Shown one piece after another: positions 55,660-64,000 of a stretch of 64,000 nt of DNA. Made by a program: the position numbers and the translations under genes. Under the pieces are notes generated by a model. The model did not search any database, was not told the DNA's origin, and worked only from the letters and a program-made list of their open reading frames with translations. This stretch comes from a virus (lineage: Duplodnaviria; Heunggongvirae; Uroviricota; Caudoviricetes). The stretch's first letter is position 1. Each line of letters opens with the position of its first letter. The stretch covers positions 176,437-240,436 of the IMG/VR virus record IMGVR_UViG_3300031414_000001; one strand, given 5' to 3'.

Positions 55660-56445
55660 TTATACCTCGAACGTTAAAGTACTGTTAAAGTTTGAATTTT
55701 CAGACGCACGTTGACCATAACCACGCGGATTACAGATTACGCGAGTATCGCCAATCATATAATCTGCGGATTGATGAATGTGACCATGTACCCAAACCAG
55801 CGGATTCAATTCACCAATGTAATAATCCATGAATGAACAGTAACATCCATTCAGTTTATCACCGATGTACATTTCAGGTACACTTTGGAAACTAGGAGAG
55901 TGGTGAGTCATCACCAGTACTTTCGTAGTATCGCACGTTTCCCGAACCGTGTCAACCGCATTTTTGATATAAAGTTTAGATATGTGGTGGATCGCCTCAA
56001 CGTCTTCTGGTTTCAGCTTACGTTGCCACGGTACACCAACTGGCCCGTGCCTGATGTGTTTGTAATCGTTCATCTCAATGGATGCCAGATAACGTGTCAG
56101 TGGATTCTGACCATCAAAATCAGTCCACAGAGTACTTCCAATGATCATTACATCATCAAAGGTACGATAGTTATCTTGTAAGAAATGGAAGTTCTCAATA
56201 GAATCATCCAGTGCTTTCAAACGATCATGAGTTCGATGAATATTACCTTTGTAGTATTCATGATTGCCTGGTACTAACAGTACTTCTTTGTACTTGTCAG
56301 CCAGAATTTGAACGTGTTCACCGTATGAAGAACGGCAAACTTCTCCCAAATCACCAGGCAGCAGAAGAATAGTATCTTCTTGTTCTGGCAATTCGTGGAT
56401 GAAATCTATATATCCGTGTAAATCGGACATAACTGCGAATTTCAT
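55660..56445 (-). CDS. calcineurin-like metallophosphoesterase
   Basis: MSDLH, PGDL, PGNHEYY, THHSP, HGHIH. Confidence 0.9.
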   Translation of the reverse strand: MKFAVMSDLHGYIDFIHELPEQEDTILLLPGDLGEVCRSSYGEHVQILADKYKEVLLVPGNHEYYKGNIHRTHDRLKALDDSIENFHFLQDNYRTFDDVMIIGSTLWTDFDGQNPLTRYLASIEMNDYKHIRHGPVGVPWQRKLKPEDVEAIHHISKLYIKNAVDTVRETCDTTKVLVMTHHSPSFQSVPEMYIGDKLNGCYCSFMDYYIGELNPLVWVHGHIHQSADYMIGDTRVICNPRGYGQRASENSNFNSTLTFEV

Positions 56446-56463
56446 GGTGAATCTCCTTTGTTG

Positions 56464-56497
56464 GAATACATTCTATCAGATCCTCGCAGCCTGTCAA
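56464..56497 (-). promoter_or_regulatory. sigma70 promoter TTGACA-N16-TAGAAT
   Basis: TTGACA ggctgcgaggatctga TAGAAT upstream of the phosphoesterase gene. Confidence 0.6.
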
Positions 56498-56504
56498 GGA
56501 CTTT

Positions 56505-57923
56505 TTACGATTCTAAGCGAGCTAATTTTTCGCGTAAAACGTGTACAGCACTGTCACGGATTTCTTGAATACGCTCGTAAGTGTCGCAAGTGTCTTTGTC
56601 GAAGCGGAATTCTACCCAAACAGGTAAGAACAAACTTGGACGACCAGTGCGTTTGTCAACTGTAATCGCAGTACTTTCTACTGTACAAATACAGTCTTCG
56701 ATTTCATCCCAACGATCCATCATCGTTTGGAATGTCCACTCAGCACCCTTTTCTTTGATGCCAGTACCGCAACCGACTTCCAGAATACCATCTTCTGACT
56801 CCAAAATCAAGGAGCCAATCATACCTTTACGCTTCCCTTCACCCTCATTGTAACCAATTACACGCAAATCAATTTGCATCTTCAGTTTCAATTTAAGTTG
56901 TTTAGGAGAAGTGTGAGACTTCCAAATGCCACTTTCGCATTTCAGAATAACACCTTCTTCGCCATTCTCAATTGCTTGAGTATTATGGTCGAATGCTTCA
57001 CCAATATCAGAAACTTTACGGTACTCAACAAGACGTACAAATTCAGAATCAATAGTACTGATAGCTGATTCCAGAAGTTCACGACGCTCTTTACGCTCAA
57101 CATTCCATAAACCTTCACGGAACTTATCAAACGGTATTACATCCCAAAGGACAAATACAACACGCATAGCTTCTGAATCAGAAATACTATCCTTACCAGC
57201 TTTCTGAATAATACCATTACCAGTTTCACGAGGAAGAATATTCCCGTTACTATCCAGTACTAAACACTCACCATTGAATACTACACCACTTTCAAAACGG
57301 TCGTCAATATTCTGTACAGCAGTAGCTAGTTCAATCATGTCCTGGTCTTTATGTCCCAGGAAGTCATAGATTTTACCATTACGTGAGGTACAAAGCAAGG
57401 TATTATTTACAACAGCACTGTTCAAATACTGACCATCCATCTTAATCTCAGAGACAGCATATCCATGAGTTTTGAAGGAAGTAATATTTGGGATAGTCTT
57501 TTCTGTTACTAATGAGCAACGCATATAAGGTTCATCTTTAATGAAGTCCTTACCGTATACATCATTAGCATTCTTTTCTTGAATACCACAATCAAGATTC
57601 TTCAGTACTACACGACGAATAATTTCTGCGTCGTCTTCATCTAAAGAACCTAGTAATTCACTCAAGAAGTGACGAGCAGCATTACCAGTCACTTCACGAT
57701 TATATAGATTGTCCAATTCATCCAGTGCTTCACTTAGAGTCAGAGAATTATCTGTCTCAAATGGTTCTGGAATCTTTTTAATCCCACTAACGATAGATGG
57801 CTCAAGTGCCAAATGAATGGCACGTTTAAGGTCTACGTTATTGATATTCTCAGTGAGAATTTCCTTCTTAGCATTAGTACTAGAAGTTTCTTTTATTTGT
57901 AAGATAATATCTAAAACAGACAT
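56505..57923 (-). CDS. ATP-dependent DNA ligase
   Basis: EIKMDGQY (KxDG), FNGECL, VLWD, EEGVILK, LKLK, SLFLPVW..FRFDK. Confidence 0.95.
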   Translation of the reverse strand: MSVLDIILQIKETSSTNAKKEILTENINNVDLKRAIHLALEPSIVSGIKKIPEPFETDNSLTLSEALDELDNLYNREVTGNAARHFLSELLGSLDEDDAEIIRRVVLKNLDCGIQEKNANDVYGKDFIKDEPYMRCSLVTEKTIPNITSFKTHGYAVSEIKMDGQYLNSAVVNNTLLCTSRNGKIYDFLGHKDQDMIELATAVQNIDDRFESGVVFNGECLVLDSNGNILPRETGNGIIQKAGKDSISDSEAMRVVFVLWDVIPFDKFREGLWNVERKERRELLESAISTIDSEFVRLVEYRKVSDIGEAFDHNTQAIENGEEGVILKCESGIWKSHTSPKQLKLKLKMQIDLRVIGYNEGEGKRKGMIGSLILESEDGILEVGCGTGIKEKGAEWTFQTMMDRWDEIEDCICTVESTAITVDKRTGRPSLFLPVWVEFRFDKDTCDTYERIQEIRDSAVHVLREKLARLES

Positions 57924-57932
57924 TCTATTTCC

Positions 57933-59153
57933 TTATAGAGTGTAATAACCTACTTCAATCGTTTGAGGAATAGTAAGATTGGTATAGTTATTTCCGTTAT
58001 AAGATGAATAACGATTAACTATTAACTCAGATGGAGCACCATTCTCACCATACGCAGTAATTTGTACGCCAGTAACACCAATTAGGGTATAGCTGGTGGT
58101 ATTACTATAATTGAAGTACGTGTTATTTGGGTCACGATGACTTGAATGTGATTCACTAGTACGCGGACCACTATATGTTTGCTGACTGTATGACAAACGG
58201 AATGAAGTAAGTTTAGTATTTCCAATACGATAAATTTTGTTATGCTCAAAATAATTTACAGTACTGAATGGTACTTCATGATATTCCATATGTACATCTT
58301 CTAGCTTATATGGTTTTTCATTCAGGAACATAATAGCCAATGCATTTGGTACATGATTGAAATAATAATAAGCTGTACCAGTATATTCATGAGTATTACG
58401 AATCTGTTCATTCATTTCTGAAATTACTGTCGCACGGTCAACTTCAACATTCCGACCGATACTAAAGTCTGGTAATTTACTCAAAGCATAATAACGGTTA
58501 TCATCAACATTTTTCACAACAAATTTCAGAGAACTTTTAGTTGTGAATTCAGAGCGGTCATTCTTAGAAACGTTGATAGCATGATACTTACCACAGTACA
58601 CAACAGTTAATGAATCTGGTCCCTGAGGTGTATTATTATAAGTCGTTTGTTCCAGAGGAATAGTAAGAATATCACCTACTTCAACTTCTTTAGCATTCTT
58701 CTGCTGTTCTTTTTTATGTTCTTCACGAGCAATCAAATCTGCGAACAGTTTAGTTTTCTCGTTAACTAACTTTTTATTATGAGTAAAGAACAGAGCATCC
58801 TGGAACTCACCTTCAATAATGGTGTTAGTTTCCAGAAGGTCACACAAGTTATCAGAGGTGATTTCAAATTCGAAACCTTCTGGATGCATGATACGCCATA
58901 CAACGTTAGAAGTACTGTAACGACTTACGTTAGTTACCATACGGAAACCAGTACGAGGCTCGTTATCTACGTAAATTGGTTCCATAGCTTTCTGAGTAGA
59001 ATTATGATATGGAGTCGCCCAACGATCTGCTTTTTCTTTTGATTGCTTGAATTTTTTTGTTTCTTCGTTATCTGCTACAACCATCCAACCAAGCATTTCT
59101 TCTGCTGAACGATATACACGTGTAACATAAAACTTCTCAGGAATAACAGCCAT
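57933..59153 (-). CDS. hypothetical protein
   Basis: 406 aa; NVVWRIMHPEGFEFEITSDNL. Confidence 0.65.
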   Translation of the reverse strand: MAVIPEKFYVTRVYRSAEEMLGWMVVADNEETKKFKQSKEKADRWATPYHNSTQKAMEPIYVDNEPRTGFRMVTNVSRYSTSNVVWRIMHPEGFEFEITSDNLCDLLETNTIIEGEFQDALFFTHNKKLVNEKTKLFADLIAREEHKKEQQKNAKEVEVGDILTIPLEQTTYNNTPQGPDSLTVVYCGKYHAINVSKNDRSEFTTKSSLKFVVKNVDDNRYYALSKLPDFSIGRNVEVDRATVISEMNEQIRNTHEYTGTAYYYFNHVPNALAIMFLNEKPYKLEDVHMEYHEVPFSTVNYFEHNKIYRIGNTKLTSFRLSYSQQTYSGPRTSESHSSHRDPNNTYFNYSNTTSYTLIGVTGVQITAYGENGAPSELIVNRYSSYNGNNYTNLTIPQTIEVGYYTL

Positions 59154-59165
59154 TATTTTGTTCTC

Positions 59166-59636
59166 TTATTTTGCTAGTGGTAAAAATGCGATTGCTTCAA
59201 GTACTGGAATACCATAACGACCGTATGAGTCGTGCATCTCCAGTTTCAGTTCGTCATATTCTTCAGTATCTGGTTTAGTACTGCGAATACGTGCCATATA
59301 ATCAACAGCAACATCATCCATAACAATACTGATGCTAGTTAGTGCGTTATTTACACCTGGCTCAAAGAATGGTGCGAACGGCATAACTTCTTGTGGGTCA
59401 TTACGTTCCCATTCTTCCATTAGTTCCAGAAGACTACACAGAGCATCGTGCATACCACCATTCAGAACAACAGTAGTTTTAGCGTACTTAGCCCAAGTAT
59501 ATACAACACTTCCCAAATGAGAAGTAGCTGAATTAGTCATTGGATATTTTACAAACAACTCAGCAGTACTATGCTGAGTCTGAATGCCAGCATGAATGCC
59601 AGCCATATACATATTTGTGATGCTATATAAACGCAT
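59166..59636 (-). CDS. hypothetical protein, possible peptidyl-tRNA hydrolase 2-like fold
   Basis: NMY..GIHAGIQTQH...KTTVVLNGG...F.EP....ALTSI is reminiscent of Pth2-like phage proteins. Confidence 0.4.
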   Translation of the reverse strand: MRLYSITNMYMAGIHAGIQTQHSTAELFVKYPMTNSATSHLGSVVYTWAKYAKTTVVLNGGMHDALCSLLELMEEWERNDPQEVMPFAPFFEPGVNNALTSISIVMDDVAVDYMARIRSTKPDTEEYDELKLEMHDSYGRYGIPVLEAIAFLPLAK

Positions 59637-60415
59637 TAGTATTCCTTTATTGTGAAACCTGCTTCTTGGCCCCATTCATCAGGAATGGCAGCAAAGAATT
59701 TCATTGTCATTGTTTCTGTATCCATCTGACCAATAGTGAAAGAACCATTACGGAATTGTGTATCTAACCATACACGGTTCCCAAATACCAAAGGTTCAGG
59801 TACTCCAGTGTGACCATGAATTACATAATCAACACCTTCAACTACAGCTTCAAGTTTTTCTTTTGGTGGCACTTGATGATCATAAATTGCGTACTGAATC
59901 GCATCACGATCCCAAATCAACTGATAACGGTACTCAGGATTATTTTCAGTATATTCCTTAATGAGATCCCACGTATTGATAGCTGGATAATGTGGGATAC
60001 CAGCATGTGCTACACCAATTTTATAACCACGATGATTTACTTCAATTAAGTACGGTACTTCTTCAAGTAAAGTACAGAAATGATTAATGCCGGGTTGACC
60101 AATTTCATCAAGGGTCTTTTGACCACCATTTTGTTTCCAGCACATATCCCATTCACGGCTATTACGTGCGTCCATCATCATACGTTCATGATTACCAAGA
60201 ACCATATGACGGTTTTCTTTATTCAAGAACTCAAATAAAGTTTTAGCATTGTACTGACCACGATCAACGAGATCACCAACACTAATAAGTACATCATCAT
60301 CGGTAATACCCAATTCATGTAATGTACGTTGGAACAGTTCAAAGTTCCCATGAATATCACCAATGAAATAAACATTTTTTTCATCAGGAACGTCAATAAC
60401 TTTTACAAAGCTCAT
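59636..60415 (-). CDS. serine/threonine protein phosphatase (PphA/lambda NinI family)
   Basis: IGDIHG, VGDLVDRG, LGNHE, HAG, IHGHT, WLDT. Confidence 0.92.
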   Translation of the reverse strand: MSFVKVIDVPDEKNVYFIGDIHGNFELFQRTLHELGITDDDVLISVGDLVDRGQYNAKTLFEFLNKENRHMVLGNHERMMMDARNSREWDMCWKQNGGQKTLDEIGQPGINHFCTLLEEVPYLIEVNHRGYKIGVAHAGIPHYPAINTWDLIKEYTENNPEYRYQLIWDRDAIQYAIYDHQVPPKEKLEAVVEGVDYVIHGHTGVPEPLVFGNRVWLDTQFRNGSFTIGQMDTETMTMKFFAAIPDEWGQEAGFTIKEY

Positions 60416-60654
60416 GTGGCTTTCCTCTTTTTAATAATAGGTTTAGACAACCATTTATAACACAATAAACCTATTTGACAAACAGCTTCTAACCACCAAA
60501 ACACTATAACAAGAAGTAATATCCCAAATAATTGAATAAAATTCAGACTAACTTCACGGTCATCCTGTTTATGTAAGAATATCAAATAAGAAATGAACGC
60601 AATGGCAGCACCAAACCCATACAAGCACAGTACTAAATCCCAATTAATGTTCAT
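60412..60654 (-). CDS. small membrane protein
   Basis: Two hydrophobic helices. Confidence 0.55.
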   Translation of the reverse strand: MNINWDLVLCLYGFGAAIAFISYLIFLHKQDDREVSLNFIQLFGILLLVIVFWWLEAVCQIGLLCYKWLSKPIIKKRKAT

Positions 60655-60940
60655 TTTCTTTTTCCTTATCTTTTACAAGGTCGTTATCTTTATCGCCGAT
60701 TGGTAATAGATTTTTTGGCATATACAAACAACCATCATCACAGAACCACCAATATTGTGAAGAACTTAGATAATCTTTCATATATTCATTGAGTTCGATC
60801 ATAGTGCCATCTAAGCCTATACGAACTGAACCAGATGATGGATTTTGTATTTCAAGTAGTGTTACACATTTACCATTGTTGGTAACGTTTTTCACTAAGC
60901 CATAGACCATAGCAATTGTGCCAACTTTTAATTCGCCCAT
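60644..60940 (-). CDS. hypothetical protein
   Basis: 98-aa ORF. Confidence 0.55.
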   Translation of the reverse strand: MGELKVGTIAMVYGLVKNVTNNGKCVTLLEIQNPSSGSVRIGLDGTMIELNEYMKDYLSSSQYWWFCDDGCLYMPKNLLPIGDKDNDLVKDKEKENEH

Positions 60941-60941
60941 A

Positions 60942-61841
60942 TTACACCTCGTATGGTTTCAGTACTTCTTCGTTCTGGTGGAACCTATTTACGTAATCGT
61001 GTTCACCACGTTTACGGTACATAGTGATAATCGTATCAAAGTTTTCCCATGCGTATTCCCTGAACCATCCAGAGGTAATACTGGTACAGACTTTAATTAG
61101 AGCAGTTACAAATGAACTACGTGGGTCGAGTTCGAAGTTATTTGGAATTTGTGAACGCTCTAAAGCGAGTACACAAGTTTCCTCATATACTCCCAGCAAT
61201 TTAATTTCTTCAGACTGAGCAAAGAATTTATCTTTACTTGTCATTACGTCAGCACCTTCAACAATATAATTCATGTAAGCTGGTTTGTCACCAATTTTAA
61301 TTGCTTCATGAATAGTATCGTGGTCATAGGTATAATCAACACCATCACCACTAAAGAATGATGCTTTAGCCTGATCAAGTACTGGATGTTTGTAGTTATA
61401 TGTTTCCTTCTCACGTAGTTTGAAGATTTCATATAATACAGGGTCATCCATATTCGCACCCATTTTACGCATTAACATAATATCACGATGCGTTTTAATG
61501 AAATGCGGAGAATTACGCAAGTAACGATGTGACATTTTAATGGCGTACAATACGTCTAACGGTGCTGTAATATTATCATGTTCAGCGTGCCAGTACTTGA
61601 TTAGTTGTTCAGTACTGTTATTGGAATGACCAATATAAATTTCAACATCAATATAACCATACGCATTTTTGATATGCATATAATCATCGGTTGCTTTTAC
61701 AATGGTCATATCTTTATAAAGCTTAGTCCATTCTAAAACTACACGCTGGCATTCATCAGCCATCATCATAACATCAAGATCAGTTTCCTTATTTGCTGGA
61801 CGAATAGCTTCAGGAAACGCAGTACTGCCAATAATCAACAT
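60942..61841 (-). CDS. hypothetical protein with nucleotidyltransferase-like N-terminus
   Basis: MLIIGSTA...TDLDV (GS + DxD). Confidence 0.5.
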   Translation of the reverse strand: MLIIGSTAFPEAIRPANKETDLDVMMMADECQRVVLEWTKLYKDMTIVKATDDYMHIKNAYGYIDVEIYIGHSNNSTEQLIKYWHAEHDNITAPLDVLYAIKMSHRYLRNSPHFIKTHRDIMLMRKMGANMDDPVLYEIFKLREKETYNYKHPVLDQAKASFFSGDGVDYTYDHDTIHEAIKIGDKPAYMNYIVEGADVMTSKDKFFAQSEEIKLLGVYEETCVLALERSQIPNNFELDPRSSFVTALIKVCTSITSGWFREYAWENFDTIITMYRKRGEHDYVNRFHQNEEVLKPYEV

Positions 61842-61855
61842 ACAATCACCATTTA

Positions 61856-62512
61856 TTAAGGCATATGATAGCCGTCAAATTCATCTTCGTCTTCTTCATC
61901 TTCTGGATAATCAGAATGATGATGCTCAGCCAGATATTCAAGTGCTTCGTTCAGCAATTTAAATGCTTTGACTTCACGGCGGCGATGCCACGCAATAATA
62001 GAAATTGCCCATTCTTCTTTGTCTTTATCATAGATTAGACTATATGATCCAAATTCAGAACAGGTGTATTCAAATACGTTGAAGTGAATAATATCACCAC
62101 GATCATAATCTGAACCATCAATTGGACGCATGAATGGAAGTACTTTATTAATACCAGAAACAGTACTGTTAATGTTATCACCAGAACTATCAATACTTAC
62201 CTGGAATCCACACTGTTCAGTTGCTGGATAATACCCACTTACATCAAGACCAATGGATTCAAAGAAACGTTTACGAGCATGATAATGATCCATACCACTA
62301 GAATAACCATCATCCTTAATATAGAACTTAATCATGTCTTCTTCGGTTTCAATAGCTTCAGCCTGAAGTTTAAGTACTTGAGCCTGTAGTTCCTGAATTT
62401 CATCAGTCAACTTACTGTTTTCTTTGAACAACGGTTGCATTGCTTCTTTGTTCGCTTCACGTTGTTTAGTTAATTGTTCAATACGTGCTTCAATTGCTTC
62501 GATAACTGTCAT
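61856..62512 (-). CDS. hypothetical protein with N-terminal coiled coil
   Basis: 218 aa; GGAG SD. Confidence 0.6.
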   Translation of the reverse strand: MTVIEAIEARIEQLTKQREANKEAMQPLFKENSKLTDEIQELQAQVLKLQAEAIETEEDMIKFYIKDDGYSSGMDHYHARKRFFESIGLDVSGYYPATEQCGFQVSIDSSGDNINSTVSGINKVLPFMRPIDGSDYDRGDIIHFNVFEYTCSEFGSYSLIYDKDKEEWAISIIAWHRRREVKAFKLLNEALEYLAEHHHSDYPEDEEDEDEFDGYHMP

Positions 62513-62532
62513 AATTATCTCCAGTTTAAATT

Positions 62533-62555
62533 AAAATGGGGAACATAATTCCCCA
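62533..62555 (-). terminator. intrinsic terminator
   Basis: TGGGGAA-cataa-TTCCCCA. Confidence 0.7.
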
Positions 62556-62560
62556 ATAGA

Positions 62561-62803
62561 TTAGCAGAAATCAGAGCTACCCATCCAGCGACCAGTATCA
62601 CCGTATTCTTCGGCGTACCAATCATCAAGATACATATAGTTATCTGAATCTTCATCACACATTTCTTTTATTTTACTGCCTGGATAAAATGTTTCATCCA
62701 TAACATTGAATTCCTGACCAGTTTCATTAGCCAGTGCTTCACCTTCTTCGATCAGTGCTTCAATTTCTTTCTCAATTTGAGATAAACGTTTTGCTTTGCT
62801 CAT
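62561..62803 (-). CDS. small acidic protein (WxxSSxxC paralog)
   Basis: Ends GRWMGSSDFC. Confidence 0.6.
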   Translation of the reverse strand: MSKAKRLSQIEKEIEALIEEGEALANETGQEFNVMDETFYPGSKIKEMCDEDSDNYMYLDDWYAEEYGDTGRWMGSSDFC

Positions 62804-62812
62804 TCCAGTACC

Positions 62813-63061
62813 TTAGCAAGTTTGACTTGATGCTACCCAACCACCTTGATCTGCGTCAAGATAGTATTCTTCTATTAACCAAGAACCTTCTTCTTCATCC
62901 TGTAGGATAGCTGGTGGGTAATATGTGCCACCCATACCATAAGATACATCGAGATCAAAGCTTAGACCGTGTTCATCGGCGATTGCGATTGCTTCAGCGA
63001 TTGCTTCATCAATCTTAGCTACAGCAGCAGCTAGTTGTTGTTTAGGGGTTAAATCACTCAT
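62813..63061 (-). CDS. small acidic protein (WxxSSxxC paralog)
   Basis: Ends GGWVASSQTC. Confidence 0.6.
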   Translation of the reverse strand: MSDLTPKQQLAAAVAKIDEAIAEAIAIADEHGLSFDLDVSYGMGGTYYPPAILQDEEEGSWLIEEYYLDADQGGWVASSQTC

Positions 63062-63321
63062 TAGTAATCTTCATCTTCATTGTCTTCACGATTCCACGAA
63101 TCATCGACCCATTGTGAAATCATTTGTTTAACTGCTTTTTCTTCTGCATCAGTTGTATCGTCATCAAACGCATAGTAATAGTCGCCAACTGGAGCAAACC
63201 AATCCATACCTTCATACAATTCAGTTTTAATTTCTTCAACTGTTTTGTTCACGAACAACTCAGTATAGTGGTCTGCTGACTCACTAATAATATGTAAAGC
63301 TACAATCATCTTCCAATCCAT
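63061..63321 (-). CDS. small acidic hypothetical protein
   Basis: 86-aa coupled ORF. Confidence 0.55.
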   Translation of the reverse strand: MDWKMIVALHIISESADHYTELFVNKTVEEIKTELYEGMDWFAPVGDYYYAFDDDTTDAEEKAVKQMISQWVDDSWNREDNEDEDY

Positions 63322-63662
63322 TCAACATTAGCATCACTACTGCGATACTTGCTAGTACTTTGGTCTTCATGCCAACGTTGTTCACAACATTTACACGTAA
63401 TAACGTACCAGTATGAATCGTCGGACTTACACCAGTTTCCAGTATCGGATTCTGGTTTTACCGTGACATATGGGTGCTCACAATTCGATTGGAACGCAAA
63501 TAGGTCAGAGTTTGCTTTACCAGCAATTTCACGTAAACGTAAGAACTCCATACGTTTCTCAGCAAAAGCTTGGTCTTTAGCATCTTTAAGCTCCTGATAT
63601 TCCATAGCACCTTCTTTAGAAGTGAATTCAGTACCATCAGGAGTTACGTAGATTTTAGTCAT
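63306..63662 (-). CDS. hypothetical Cys-containing protein
   Basis: CEHP...WC...CKCCE. Confidence 0.55.
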   Translation of the reverse strand: MTKIYVTPDGTEFTSKEGAMEYQELKDAKDQAFAEKRMEFLRLREIAGKANSDLFAFQSNCEHPYVTVKPESDTGNWCKSDDSYWYVITCKCCEQRWHEDQSTSKYRSSDANVEWIGR

Positions 63663-63891
63663 TAGGTTTATCCTTTTTAAAATATTCTTCTATCTTGAGA
63701 TAGATTATCATAGGCCAGAAAACACCTGCGAATACCGCCATCAAGAAAGCGAATAAAGCAAAAATAATACCTAGACTACTATCAACATCAATTTCGTGAG
63801 TAAGTTCACCAAAGTGATATATAAACGATACGATAGCACCGATGATATAAATCACCAGTACTACGCAAAGGATTGATAGGAATGTGGTCAT
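63655..63891 (-). CDS. small membrane protein
   Basis: Two hydrophobic helices with a FWP motif. Confidence 0.55.
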   Translation of the reverse strand: MTTFLSILCVVLVIYIIGAIVSFIYHFGELTHEIDVDSSLGIIFALFAFLMAVFAGVFWPMIIYLKIEEYFKKDKPND

Positions 63892-64000
63892 TTACTTTTC
63901 CTGTCCTTATATTCTTCATATATGATAGCAGGAACCATAACAGGCCACAGTACAGCAATACCAGATACAATACAAAAGCCGATAACATCATTCCAGCTTT

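Larger units (their letters stand above)
1..64000. repeat. highly iterated palindrome AGTACT dispersed through coding DNA
   Basis: At least 55 copies counted by eye in 1-18600 and at least 27 in 19780-27993 (about 3 per kb). The rest of the window was not counted systematically but shows many copies. Confidence 0.85.

Noticed and set aside
150-63597. Numerous plus-strand ORFs in the track (e.g. 150-419, 967-1365, 7108-7530, 37346-37681, 47613-47948)
   Set aside because: They lie antisense to well-supported minus-strand genes, lack SD sequences and recognisable motifs, and are shadow ORFs. Only 51032-51937 is credible.
1-64000. AGTACT repeats as a CRISPR array or tandem repeat
   Set aside because: The sites are 6 bp, irregularly spaced and inside coding sequence; there is no repeat-spacer structure.
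1-64000. Stop-codon reassignment (alternative genetic code)
   Set aside because: Conserved enzymes (NrdD, TyrRS, ligase, Nampt) are full length in the standard code and coding density is high.

Overview
This window looks like part of a large, AT-rich lytic jumbo-phage genome (about 35-36% GC by eye). The gene content resembles enterobacterial RaK2/GAP32/PBECO4-like jumbo myoviruses, but that assignment is inference. Genes are dense and almost all on the minus strand, with sigma70-like early promoters, TAAATA-type late promoters and many intrinsic terminators. Recognisable genes cover nucleotide metabolism (tdk, nrdD, nrdG, dCMP deaminase, MazG-like proteins), NAD+ salvage (Nampt, NMNAT-Nudix, Sir2, NadR-like kinase), RNA/tRNA repair and translation (RNA ligase, Thg1, TyrRS, nucleotidyltransferases, DUF2828), DNA ligase, ClpP, GroES, PhoH, two DNA methyltransferases, spanins, an Acb1-like 2H phosphoesterase, an acyl-carrier-protein-like gene, three tandem ~900-aa virion paralogs and one plus-strand Ig-domain gene. 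Three signals stand out that the gene list does not explain. (1) The palindrome AGTACT is enriched about 8-10-fold (about 3 per kb, manual count) wherever counted, alongside an SPPY-type (likely N4-cytosine) methyltransferase, which suggests a HIP1-like methylation-linked repeat system. (2) A ~470-nt ORF-free, multi-hairpin element at 10135-10605 lies between a promoter and a terminator. (3) A two-hairpin leader motif with compensatory base changes is shared only by the two NAD-salvage genes. All counts and folds were done by eye and need computational confirmation.
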